A DNA stretch of 32,000 nucleotides. It comes from Clostridia bacterium DTU025 (GTDB taxonomy: Bacteria; Bacillota; DTU025). Positions within the stretch are counted from its first letter, which is position 1. Every line of letters begins with the position of its first letter. The stretch is taken from assembly GCA_001513145.1 (NCBI GenBank), contig LFSP01000007.1, forward strand, positions 1-32,000. Reading direction: 5' to 3'. A program made the translations under genes and the position numbers. Positions 1-8,849 of this stretch are shown here, piece after piece. The notes under the pieces were generated by a model. The model was not told where the DNA came from. It saw only the letters and a list, made by a program, of their open reading frames with translations, and did not search any database.

Positions 1-1038
1 GCGGTCAACGTTGGCCGCGATGATGGAGTCGTAGAAGGCCATCATGAGCTCTGCCTTCTGCTGGCTCAGCGCCAGTTCGATCCTGGCGTCCAGCGCAGCG
101 ATGGCGGCATCCCTGGCTGCCTTCTCCTCGGCGGCGTGCACCGCCAGCAGGCTCTTGATGGCGTTCTCGTAGTCGGCCTTCGAGGGCACGTCCTCTACCG
201 CGAGGGCAAGCTCCTCGAGCTTGGCCGCCAGCTCAACGCTGATGGCTTTATTCTTCGTCTCTGCTGCTTCAGCCTGTTCGAAGAGAGCTCTCCTCAGAGC
301 CTCGAGGCGGGCCTCAAGGTTGTCCTGACCCTCTGCAAGCTCCGCGATCTTGCCCTCTACGTTGGCTACTGCGGCCTGCCAGGCGGCGTTGCTCTCTGCA
401 ACCGCCTCAGCGACCAGCTGCTCGCAGCCAGGCAGCAGCTCACACGCCTCCTGCACCTCCTTTGCCACTGGAGTGGTGGCTGGAGTGACGGCTTCAGGGG
501 CCTCGACCTTGGCGCGGAGCGCCTCGATGGCGGCCCACAGCTGGGCGTGCTCTGCCTTGTTGTCCTCGGTCAGGTCGTCAACCCGTGCAAGCAGCGCCGA
601 CAGCCTTTCGTCGAACTGCTCCCACTGGTCCTGCGACATGACTGCGATCTTCTCCGCGATCACCTGCTCCAGGATGGTGGCGTCGGGAGAGGCCACGGGC
701 TGTAGTATCACGCCATCCTTCTGGTCAGGCAGCAGCGGCGCGCCGCCAATCTTGGCGTCGAGCTCGCCGATGCTCTCGGCAAGGCTCCGAATGTCCTTGT
801 CCAGGTACTCCAGGGCCCTTGCGATCATCAGCGCCACTTCGTACCTGGTGGCAGGCTGCCCGCCCTTGAAGGTTCCATCCGGATAGCCTTCCACTACGCC
901 CAGAGCCGCGAGGAGATTCACGGCGTCCACCGCCCAGTGGTAGTCCGGTACGTCGGCGAACGGCGTAGTTGCCATAACTGGTAGCGCCGTCATGACCACC
1001 ATGAGAGCGCTCACGAGTATGGCGAGGAGTTTCTTCAT
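1..1038 (-). CDS. SLH-domain surface/outer-membrane protein (OmpM/SlpA-like), partial, runs off left edge
   Basis: Not in the ORF track because it has no stop in the window. Reverse-strand translation from ATG at 1038 gives MKKLLAILVSALMVVMTALPVMATTPFADVPDYHWAVDAVNLLAALGVVEGYPDGTFKGGQPATRYEVALMIARALEYL: signal peptide plus SLH domain (FxDVPxxHWA..., GYPDGTFxxxxxxTRYE). Alanine/glutamate-rich coiled-coil-like sequence follows. GGGGGG-type RBS just upstream of the ATG. Confidence 0.87.
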   Translation of the reverse strand, partial: MKKLLAILVSALMVVMTALPVMATTPFADVPDYHWAVDAVNLLAALGVVEGYPDGTFKGGQPATRYEVALMIARALEYLDKDIRSLAESIGELDAKIGGAPLLPDQKDGVILQPVASPDATILEQVIAEKIAVMSQDQWEQFDERLSALLARVDDLTEDNKAEHAQLWAAIEALRAKVEAPEAVTPATTPVAKEVQEACELLPGCEQLVAEAVAESNAAWQAAVANVEGKIAELAEGQDNLEARLEALRRALFEQAEAAETKNKAISVELAAKLEELALAVEDVPSKADYENAIKSLLAVHAAEEKAARDAAIAALDARIELALSQQKAELMMAFYDSIIAANVDR

Positions 1039-1244
1039 GAACTGTCCCCCCTTATTCGTACTCAACGCTAAAGGCCCACTAGAGCGGAGTGCGTGAATCG
1101 AGTGTTCTAGTTTCCTCGATGGACGCTTCTCCGCCTCCGCGGGTCGTTGCGCTCAACCGTGGCAGCTTATCGGCCGCCTCGCTCCAAACGGCCTCAAGCT
1201 GCGGGTTATGCCCCCGAAAGGGCACGTGGATAATCGAGTTACAT

Positions 1245-1264
1245 CTACATATTCTTCAATGTAG
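1245..1264 (-). promoter_or_regulatory. Possible promoter/operator region of the SLH gene: 6-bp inverted repeat CTACAT-N8-ATGTAG overlapping a TTGAAG-N18-GATTAT match
   Basis: The 285-bp gap 1039-1323 is locally AT-richer. On the minus strand: CTACATTGAAGAATATGTAGATGTAACTCGATTAT. Pattern match only. Confidence 0.3.
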
Positions 1265-1323
1265 AGGCAACTCCTTCAGAGGCTCCAAAAATCCCACCGG
1301 GACAAAAAAGCCTGCAAGGCGCC

Positions 1324-2664
1324 TCATTCAACGATCAGCCGAATCGATGGTGAAGCGCTCGCCCGCCATATGTCGGCGCCTGCCACCGCCTTCACCGTCC
1401 GCACTGACCTGGAGTTGATCACTTCGATTATGGCATTGGCAAACTCGGAAACGCTCAGTAAAGTGCCTATCTTACCTTCCTCGTCTGAGGGCATGCCCTC
1501 CGCTATGAGGATGCTGTTTACCTCCTGCACCAGGCTGAGGATGCCGGCCTGCACCATGTCTGCGCCGCCGGCCCCGTCTACCCTGGCGGACGCGATCACC
1601 TCCCCCTCCCTACGTATGAGCTCATCGGGATAAACATGCAGCGACACCGTGAGAGGTTCCCCGCTCCACGTGTTCACCGGGGAGATCGCCCGCAGCACCA
1701 CCTTTCCCGATGCCTCGTCAATCTTCTGGAACGCGGCCAGCACGTTGGCTTCCTCAAAGCTCAGCACGAACGGGTCATTATCGTCCCTGCTGGAGCGCGC
1801 ACCACGCCTCCTGGCAACGTCGTTGACCCTGAGGAGAAAGTCGTTCACCTGCTCCTGAACCACCTGAGCCGGCTGCGAGCAGTCGATAACCGAACCCAGC
1901 ACCACCTCATCGGCGCGGAATATCACGGTGCCCCACATGGAAAGCTGGCCGGCCTCCCACAACAGCTCCGCACTGCGCTGGGTGGTCTCCGCCAGGGCCC
2001 TCTCGAGGGCGGCAACCTCGCTGGCCAACATGTCACGGGTCTCGGTTAGCGTCCTCAGCTGCTCCGTCTGCACCTTCCGCTCTTCCTCCAGCGAGGCGAT
2101 CTCCCTCTGCGCTCGCTGAACATCCGCCCTGGCCTGCTCCAGCTGTGCCGACACCATCTTGAGGCCCGCCTCGGTCTCCTCCAGCCTTGCGGATGCGATC
2201 AACAGCTGGCTTTCGGAATCTTCAAGCTTCGACTGCAGCATGGCCAGCTCCTCCAGGGCGGCCTCTCTCTCCTCCGTCACGCGAGCCAGCTCCGCGACGG
2301 CCAGGTCGAACTCCGCCTGCAGGGCGGCCCTCTCCTTGCCCATCAGCTCCACCTGCGTCGACAGGTCCTCCACCTCGGCGCGCTTGGAGTCCAGGTCACT
2401 CCTGGCTGCAGCCAGCGACTCCTGGATCTCGTCGATCTCGAAGAGGGCGATCCTCACGTAGTCAGAAGCCAGCGACAGGAGAACGATGGAGCAGCCTGCG
2501 ATCATCACTCCCGTGAGGATGGTGATAATCATAGACGTGTACTTGGGGCGCAGGCCAAATATGGACAGGCGGCGGCGCCCAACCTTCATCCCTATCCTGT
2601 CGCCGATGTAGGCGATCACCCCGCCGGCGATCGCCAGGCCGACTATCAGAGCGAATCCGTACAA
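1324..2664 (-). CDS. DUF3084-type protein: two N-terminal TM segments, long coiled coil, C-terminal domain
   Basis: 446-aa ORF: MYGFALIVGLAIAGGVIAYIGDRIGMKVGRRRLSIFGLRPKYTSMIITILTGVMIAGCS..., then a long E/L/A-rich coiled coil; matches remembered DUF3084 architecture. Confidence 0.75.
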   Translation of the reverse strand: MYGFALIVGLAIAGGVIAYIGDRIGMKVGRRRLSIFGLRPKYTSMIITILTGVMIAGCSIVLLSLASDYVRIALFEIDEIQESLAAARSDLDSKRAEVEDLSTQVELMGKERAALQAEFDLAVAELARVTEEREAALEELAMLQSKLEDSESQLLIASARLEETEAGLKMVSAQLEQARADVQRAQREIASLEEERKVQTEQLRTLTETRDMLASEVAALERALAETTQRSAELLWEAGQLSMWGTVIFRADEVVLGSVIDCSQPAQVVQEQVNDFLLRVNDVARRRGARSSRDDNDPFVLSFEEANVLAAFQKIDEASGKVVLRAISPVNTWSGEPLTVSLHVYPDELIRREGEVIASARVDGAGGADMVQAGILSLVQEVNSILIAEGMPSDEEGKIGTLLSVSEFANAIIEVINSRSVRTVKAVAGADIWRASASPSIRLIVE

Positions 2665-2695
2665 ACGTTATCCCCCCACGCCGCCGCACATGCCT

Positions 2696-3424
2696 TCAGA
2701 GGCTGAATCTGTCGCCCAAGTACAGCTGCCTTGCGGTCACATCGTCGGCGATCTCCCGGGCGCTTCCTGACACTAGAATCCGACCTTCATACATTATGTG
2801 CGCACGGTCCACTATCGCAAGGGTGTCCCGCACGTTGTGGTCGGTGATGAGCACTCCCAGGCCTCTGCGCTTCATGTCGACTACGATCTCCTGCAGCTCG
2901 CCCACGGAGATGGGGTCAACTCCGGTGAAAGGCTCGTCCAGGAGCACGTATGATGGAGAGGCCGCCAGCACCCTGGCGATCTCGACGCGCCTCCGCTCAC
3001 CTCCCGACAGGGTGACACCTGCCTGTCGGGCAAGATGCTCCAGGTTCAGCTCGCGCATCAGCTTCTTGAGACGCTCCCTGCGCCTGGCCCCGTCAGGTTC
3101 GAACAGCTCCAGCACTGCCATGATGTTCTGCTCGACGTTGAGCTTCCTGAAGACTGAAGGCTCCTGCGCTAGATACCCCAGCCCCAGCCTCGACCGGCGC
3201 CACACAGGCAGAAACGTCACGTCCACGCCATCTATCCAGACCCTGCCCGAATCGGGCTGCTCCAGGCCGACCATCATGTAGAAGGTGGTGGTCTTGCCTG
3301 CGCCGTTGGGCCCCAGCAGCCCCACGACCTCTCCCCTTTCTAGGGAGATATCGACGCCGTTCACCACGGTCCGCTGCCGGAAGCTCTTAACCAAGGCCTG
3401 GCCCCTGATGCCCACGAACTGCAC
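2696..3424 (-). CDS. lptB: LPS/outer-membrane lipid export ABC transporter ATP-binding protein LptB
   Basis: Walker A GPNGAGKTTTF, signature LSGGERRRVEIARVLA, Walker B YVLLDEPFTGVDP, LptB-like Q-loop region GLGYLAQEPSVFRKLNVEQNI. GTG start. Confidence 0.93.
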   Translation of the reverse strand: MQFVGIRGQALVKSFRQRTVVNGVDISLERGEVVGLLGPNGAGKTTTFYMMVGLEQPDSGRVWIDGVDVTFLPVWRRSRLGLGYLAQEPSVFRKLNVEQNIMAVLELFEPDGARRRERLKKLMRELNLEHLARQAGVTLSGGERRRVEIARVLAASPSYVLLDEPFTGVDPISVGELQEIVVDMKRRGLGVLITDHNVRDTLAIVDRAHIMYEGRILVSGSAREIADDVTARQLYLGDRFSL

Positions 3425-3591
3425 CGCCTCATCCCGTCACCAGGCCCCAGTGCCTGGTGGGACAGAAGAAACTAGGCATTAATGACGACGGCTGCCACGC
3501 AAAGGTTCCTCGTCGCGGGATTCCTTCGACAACCATGCAACTCATACCTGCCCATAGCTGGTATCTGCCTGATGGGTATTGCTGGCACTCC

Positions 3592-4842
3592 TCACTGTGC
3601 CCTCACGACGCTGCGCATGCTGTGGATCACTGCATCCACAGCTCCCGAAGGCCCCACGGCCTCGCGGAGTTCCCTGGCTATCCGCTCGGCCCGCGAGGCA
3701 TCTTCCATGACCTCAACGACGGGGATCACCACATCCTCAGGCCTGATGGCGCCTACAGCCTCGTGCGCCACCATCTTTCCGGCTCTGGAGTTGGGCCCCG
3801 ACACCAGTCGCGCGTCACCCTTGGATGAGTGCGGAAGGGAACTGCGGAACCTCTGTAATGCGCTCGACGAGAACGGGAGGCTAATGCGGGAGGAGGTCCT
3901 GGAGACCCCCAGGTAGCCTGGTACGTTGGACGGGGCGGCGACCACATATGGTATGCCGGCGTAGGCCAGCTCATGGCAGATCGGCCCTGGCACCGTCAGG
4001 ACCACATCACACTGGGCCAGCCCGCTGTGGTCGGGGCCGGCGTCGATGGACACCTTCAGACCTTCTGCGGTCACGGCTTGGAAGGGAACGACGGAGCGAT
4101 CGACGGTGGCGTGGGTGGCCTCAACCCGGGCCGGCCGCGCGGGAGGCTTCAGCAGATCGTCCAGGGCGAAAGTGCCTATGAAGGGGGAGATGCGCAGCAC
4201 GAAGCCTATGTCCGGCTGCACTCTGGCGAGGAGCTCCGCCACTCTCAGAAAGAATGGCGCCGCCGCCCTGGCCTGGCGGGCGCTCTCGCCTGGGAATAGC
4301 CCGACGGTGGTTGCGCCGCCGGCAGAGGCGCTCCTTCCCTCGGCGGACAAGCCATCCTGAACCGCCGCGTCGACTGCCAGGTTGCCAACGACCTTCACCG
4401 CGTCAGGCGCCGCACCTGCGGCGATGAGGGCGGCCTGCAGCCGCTCGTCTTCGGCGAGGTACAGCGCAGATCCCCTGGGCTCCACAGGGCACTCACGGGC
4501 CACATAGTGGATCAGGGGATATCTCAACCTGCGCGCGATCATCTGGGCGAAGCCGGCGGAACCTCCCAGGTTCACGACGACGCCCCTGCCGGACACGGTG
4601 AAACCCTTGGGCCTCACGCCGGCAAAGTACAGGCGCCATGACTCCGAAGGCGAGAAGGCTCTCCTGACGCCTTGGTACGCCGACACCACGCGGAGCTCCC
4701 TTCCGGAGACCCCTGCGCCCGGCGACGGGAAAACCCAGATATCCGCCGCGGAGAGTGCCAGAGAAGCCCTGTACGCCACTGGCCGCACAAGGCTGTTCAA
4801 CTCCGCGGGGCCGTTCGATACCAGGACTATGTCCACGTACAA
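3592..4842 (-). CDS. Lipid-A-disaccharide synthase (LpxB)-related GT-B glycosyltransferase-like protein
   Basis: 416 aa. Motifs VSNGPAELNSLVRPV, VKVVGNLAVDA, VGLFPGESARQARAAAPFFLRVAELL and CDVVLTVPGPICHELAYAGIPYVVAAPSN resemble the LpxB family, but the canonical SGT(A/S)xxE motif is replaced. Confidence 0.6.
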   Translation of the reverse strand: MYVDIVLVSNGPAELNSLVRPVAYRASLALSAADIWVFPSPGAGVSGRELRVVSAYQGVRRAFSPSESWRLYFAGVRPKGFTVSGRGVVVNLGGSAGFAQMIARRLRYPLIHYVARECPVEPRGSALYLAEDERLQAALIAAGAAPDAVKVVGNLAVDAAVQDGLSAEGRSASAGGATTVGLFPGESARQARAAAPFFLRVAELLARVQPDIGFVLRISPFIGTFALDDLLKPPARPARVEATHATVDRSVVPFQAVTAEGLKVSIDAGPDHSGLAQCDVVLTVPGPICHELAYAGIPYVVAAPSNVPGYLGVSRTSSRISLPFSSSALQRFRSSLPHSSKGDARLVSGPNSRAGKMVAHEAVGAIRPEDVVIPVVEVMEDASRAERIARELREAVGPSGAVDAVIHSMRSVVRAQ

Positions 4843-4888
4843 CCACCTCGTCCGAAAGAGCTGCGGTTGCCCTCGGACGCACTACCTT

Positions 4889-5653
4889 CTACAAGCCCGC
4901 TGTTTTCTCCTTCACAGGCACCGACGCGTACGCCAGCGCCCTGGCGTATCGGATGCCTATGCCTGAAGTGGGCGCGGCCAGCACCTGGTCAGGCGGCCCC
5001 TGCTCCACGACGCGGCCTGCGTCCATCAGCACCACGTGGTGGGCTGCCCTCAGCGCGAACCCCGCCTCGTGCGTGACCACCACCATGGTGGCCTCGAGAG
5101 TTCGCGACAGCTTCTCCATGAGGCTCAGTATGTCCACCACCAGCGTGGGATCGAGGGACGCAGTGGGCTCGTCCCACAGGATCAGCGAGGGCTTTTCGGC
5201 GATGGCCCTGGCAATGGCCACGCGCTGCATCTCGCCGCCGGACAGGTGTCGCACGCTCTGGTCCGCCCGAGGGCTCAGACCGACTTCGTCAAGGGCATGC
5301 AGGGCAAGCTCATGAGCGTCAGCGACTGGGCGGCCGGCAGCCACCATGGGCAGCATCACGTTCTGCACCACGCTCAGGTGCGAGATGAGGTTTGCCCTCT
5401 GAAAGACGAAGCCCACGCCCTGCCTGAACTGCTCGAGCTCCGCCTCGGTCATTCGCGTCACATCCCGACCCATCCACGTGATGGTTCCGGAATCCGGCTC
5501 CACCAGCCGGATGATGCTGCGCAGAGCCGTGGACTTGCCGCACCCCGATGGGCCCATCAGGGCCACCACGGAGCCTGTCTCGACGTCCAGGTCCAGGCGG
5601 TCCAGAGCGGTCCTATCCCCGAACGTCACGGTGAGGCCCTGTATCCTGAGCAA
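4889..5653 (-). CDS. ABC transporter ATP-binding protein (LolD/MlaF/FtsE-like class)
   Basis: Walker A GPSGCGKST, Q-loop VFQRANLISHLSVVQNVMLP, signature LSGGEMQRVAIARAIA, Walker B LILWDEPTASLDP. The ORF opens at 5836, but the likely start is TTG at 5653 (LLRIQGLTVTFGDRTALDRL), just after a GAAGGTGGG RBS-like stretch, giving a short overlap with the upstream 814-aa gene. Confidence 0.88.
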   Translation of the reverse strand: MLRIQGLTVTFGDRTALDRLDLDVETGSVVALMGPSGCGKSTALRSIIRLVEPDSGTITWMGRDVTRMTEAELEQFRQGVGFVFQRANLISHLSVVQNVMLPMVAAGRPVADAHELALHALDEVGLSPRADQSVRHLSGGEMQRVAIARAIAEKPSLILWDEPTASLDPTLVVDILSLMEKLSRTLEATMVVVTHEAGFALRAAHHVVLMDAGRVVEQGPPDQVLAAPTSGIGIRYARALAYASVPVKEKTAGL

Positions 5654-8070
5654 AGCGTGATCCCACCTTCCGATGCTGATCTCATCTTCCTGCCCGCACC
5701 CTGGCGGTGCAGAGCGCCGGCTTGGCGCGACTTGCGGGCGAACGCTGTCCTTCCCCTGTTGAAAAGGCTGAGCAACCCGGGCCTGGTGGCGGGCACCACT
5801 ACCTCCCGCATGACGCAGGCTGGACCGATACCCCACGCCACCCCAGCTTCAACCTCGTCACGGTTGCATGGCGACAGCCTGTCAGCAGCTCCTCCGGCCA
5901 ACGCTCCCAGCGCCGCGCCCACCGGCAGGAACCACGCCAATCCGAGGCCGCCAAGCCTCGCCCCTGATATGGCCGCGGTGGCCATGAGGGTAACGGAGCC
6001 TGCTGCAGCGCCGTACGCTGCAGCCTCCACGCGGGCCACGCGGCCCCTGCGGCTCCCGAGCCCGTGCCCACCGGGCCTCACCATGGCCAGCGTGCCTGAG
6101 GCCACCGTGGCGTGGTCCACCACCAGCGATGCGGCGGTTATCACCATGCATACGATGCCGGCGATGGTGGCGCGCACGGTGGCGAGGAGCGATTGCACCT
6201 CGGCGCCTACCCCGCGGGTGACCATTCCCGCGGGCCCAACGAACACTCCGTAGTCGTCTCCAAGCTCTCTCTTCACGGCCCGGGCCAACTCTTCCGAAGC
6301 GGCACCTGCCTCCACGATGAACCTCGCCTGATCCTTCCCACCGCTGTCACTGTAAAGCTTGTCGATGGCGCTCACCACAGCCAGAGCCTGGCTTCCGCTG
6401 AGCGTCGGCACGCTGGAGCGAAGCTGCTCCAGGGCATCGCGCAGTGCCTCCGAGTCGAGGTCGGCCAGGGTCTTCAGCTGCTGCCCGGCCTGGGCCACCA
6501 GGTCGCCCATGGCATCCAGATCCATGCTCTGCAACGCCTCAACCATGGAGGCCGCCGCATCTGACGCATCACCGATGAGGCCTGCCCCGCCTGCCATCCG
6601 TCCCGCAGCGCTCTCCATTGCTGATAGTCTCTCCCTGAAGCCTGCCAGCGTCCCGCGCCACTGGGCCAAGTCCTCTATGAGCCTGTCGTAGCTGCGCGTC
6701 AGCAGCGAGACGCCGGATGCCACCTCAGACAGCCTGTCGATGGCGCCGATACACTGGTCGGTGAGCTTGAGCAGCAGTCTCACCCCGTCGAGGCTCAACG
6801 GCATCCTGCCCCCTGCCCTGGCACTCTCCAGGGCAGCGCGCAGCCCTGCCACGGCCTGTTCGGCTCCTTCGAACGACTGCAGCACCTGCTCGATCTCCTG
6901 TGCCTGCTGCACTGCGGCGCGGGCAGTCTCCGCCACTCCCGCCGTGGAGCGCTGGATCCCTGCCGCTGCCCTTTCCAGTGCCGCGGCCGCGGACATCACG
7001 TCTGCGCTTCCCACAGGCCTGCCTTGGGCATCGTAGGCCACGATTGGCTGCGACCTGCCGTCTGCCGCATCCTGTCCTGCCGAGCCCTCAACGCTTTCAC
7101 CTGCGGCATGGCCCCCCAACGCCTCGAACACCACGGCCGGCTCGGAGATGACGACGGCGGTGGCGGAGACACCGTCCGCGTCCACCACCTGGGCGTCCGC
7201 CCTGCGGACACCGAGGCGAAGAACCAGCCTGTCGCCTCTGGTCACCTTGGCCCCTGCATCCAACCTCACGCGTACGCTGGGAGCCCACGACAGCGCAGCC
7301 TGCCTCAGCAGCGCCACGGCCTCCGGCAGCTCATCCGAACCGGAGCCGTTGCGCGCGCCGGCGGTCCACACCCTCACGTCAGAAGCCTGCGCGCCGCCTG
7401 TTGTCCTGCCCGCGCCGGCCTCCACCAGCTGCCGGACATGCCCTTCATCTATCTGGCGTCCGTCGGCGGCGCTCACCTGCACCTCGTGAAGCGCCTGCAG
7501 CTTGCCTTCGATCTCGTCCGACACCGTCTGGACTTCGTCCGCAGAGCGCAGCACGAAATGCAGGTTCGACCCATCTCTCAGGACGAACCTGATGCTCTCG
7601 TCGCTCTCGCCTCGGCCGATGTTCTCCTGCAGTGCCTCCGCGGCTTCGCCTGACAGCCCCGTCACGGTGACCCTGGGCTCCGCCACGATGGTCCTTCCGA
7701 GGTAGCCCGGAACGTCCCTCACGGCGTCCAGCGCCCACCTGAACTTGGCCTCGTCGGCGCCCTCCAGATCAATCATGAAATTGGATCTACCCAGCAACGT
7801 GACGCCCTCGCTGACTCGGATGCCCGGCGTCGACTGGGCCAGGGCCATCAGCGCCCCCTTGGCCTCGAGCCGCATGTCGCTGCGCACGTGGACCACCAGC
7901 TCGTGCTGGTCCTCGTCCCCGAGAATGCCCCTGGCGGTGCCTGCGAAGAAGCCGTGGGTGGCCCATGCAGTCATGAAAGCCACAGCCGAACCCAGCACGA
8001 CTGTGGCGAGTATAAGAGCGATAACGTCTTTGATGTAGCCCTTACGAAGAAGAGCGTACATGCAGCTCAC
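5626..8070 (-). CDS. Large FtsX/MacB-topology membrane protein: TM1, ~560-600-aa extracytoplasmic region with coiled coil, C-terminal TMs; probable partner of the adjacent ATPase
   Basis: 814 aa. N-terminal TM (DVIALILATVVLGSAVAFMTAWATHGFF), long region with helical E/A/Q/L-rich segments, then TM segments (TIAGIVCMVITAASLVV; AAYGAAAGSVTLMATAAIS; GLGLAWFLPVGAALGALAGGA). Overlaps the ATPase gene start. Confidence 0.72.
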   Translation of the reverse strand: MSCMYALLRKGYIKDVIALILATVVLGSAVAFMTAWATHGFFAGTARGILGDEDQHELVVHVRSDMRLEAKGALMALAQSTPGIRVSEGVTLLGRSNFMIDLEGADEAKFRWALDAVRDVPGYLGRTIVAEPRVTVTGLSGEAAEALQENIGRGESDESIRFVLRDGSNLHFVLRSADEVQTVSDEIEGKLQALHEVQVSAADGRQIDEGHVRQLVEAGAGRTTGGAQASDVRVWTAGARNGSGSDELPEAVALLRQAALSWAPSVRVRLDAGAKVTRGDRLVLRLGVRRADAQVVDADGVSATAVVISEPAVVFEALGGHAAGESVEGSAGQDAADGRSQPIVAYDAQGRPVGSADVMSAAAALERAAAGIQRSTAGVAETARAAVQQAQEIEQVLQSFEGAEQAVAGLRAALESARAGGRMPLSLDGVRLLLKLTDQCIGAIDRLSEVASGVSLLTRSYDRLIEDLAQWRGTLAGFRERLSAMESAAGRMAGGAGLIGDASDAAASMVEALQSMDLDAMGDLVAQAGQQLKTLADLDSEALRDALEQLRSSVPTLSGSQALAVVSAIDKLYSDSGGKDQARFIVEAGAASEELARAVKRELGDDYGVFVGPAGMVTRGVGAEVQSLLATVRATIAGIVCMVITAASLVVDHATVASGTLAMVRPGGHGLGSRRGRVARVEAAAYGAAAGSVTLMATAAISGARLGGLGLAWFLPVGAALGALAGGAADRLSPCNRDEVEAGVAWGIGPACVMREVVVPATRPGLLSLFNRGRTAFARKSRQAGALHRQGAGRKMRSASEGGITLCSGYRASP

Positions 8071-8149
8071 CCCCGCTTCACACAGAATTATAGCATCGGG
8101 GGTGGCTAGCAGAGGCCGATAATTGGAGCCTACTATGGGAATCGCTTAT

Positions 8150-8833
8150 CTAGTCTTCTATTTCGAAGGTGATCTCCATGGACTTGCCTTCGGCCTCGAC
8201 GCGCTCTCTGTCGGTGTACACCGTGGCCCTGTCGCACCTGATGCTCTCGTTGTCCTCTCCAGTGATGCTCACATCGCCCTCAAGCACGATGCGCCTCTCG
8301 GAGCTGGAGTACGAGGCTGTGCGGCAGCGAGCCACCTGTCCTCCCTTAGACACGGTGACGTCGCCGTCTGCGTCGAAATCCTGCGTGGCAGTGGAGATCT
8401 TCAGGGTGCTGCAGTCTAGCGTGATGGTGGTGGTCACCGGGTTGCCCTCTTCATCCATTTCGGCCTGCGGCTCGATCTTGGTGAGCCTGACCCCTCCTGA
8501 GAACTCGGCCCTGTCTTCCTTAAGGTAGATGTTCATTACCTCAGCCGTCACGGTGACTTCGCCCTGCACCAGCGTGACGCCGCCGGACAGGAGCGCCGTG
8601 CCGGCATCGATGTTCACGGTGGCCGATGACGACGTGATCACCACGTCGTCGTATTCAATGGTGACTCCGCCCTCAATGGTTGTATCACCTTTGGTGCCCT
8701 GGTAGGTCAGGCGGCTCTCTGGTCCGGTGGTCACCCTGACCGACTTGGCCGCCTCCGCGGACAGCGGCAAGACCACCATCGACGCCATGATCGCCAGGGC
8801 CAGCCCTCGCACAAGCGCACGCTTCACGTTCAT
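8150..8833 (-). CDS. lptA: LptA/OstA-like periplasmic bridge protein
   Basis: 227 aa with signal peptide (LALAIMASMVVLPLSAEAA) and repeated OstA-type beta strands (GDTTIEGGVTIEYDDVVITSSSATVNIDAGTALLSGGVTLVQGEVTVTAEVM); adjacent to lptC. Confidence 0.82.
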   Translation of the reverse strand: MNVKRALVRGLALAIMASMVVLPLSAEAAKSVRVTTGPESRLTYQGTKGDTTIEGGVTIEYDDVVITSSSATVNIDAGTALLSGGVTLVQGEVTVTAEVMNIYLKEDRAEFSGGVRLTKIEPQAEMDEEGNPVTTTITLDCSTLKISTATQDFDADGDVTVSKGGQVARCRTASYSSSERRIVLEGDVSITGEDNESIRCDRATVYTDRERVEAEGKSMEITFEIED

Positions 8834-8849
8834 CCCTCCTATCTATCGC

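Noticed and set aside
1301-1323. Intrinsic terminator after the DUF3084 gene (GCCT-TGC-AGGC-TTTTTT on the minus strand)
   Set aside because: The stem is only 4 bp; the T-run is suggestive but too weak to report as a terminator.
5654-5836. Upstream extension of the ABC ATPase ORF to 5836
   Set aside because: The extension lies in a different frame inside the 814-aa gene's C-terminal TM region and is R/G/P-rich; family homology begins at LRIQGLTVTFGD, right after a plausible TTG start at 5653.
5036-6253. 405-aa plus-strand ORF
   Set aside because: Antisense to the ABC ATPase and 814-aa gene; composition (H/Q/R/G-rich) is typical of an opposite-strand GC-rich shadow frame.
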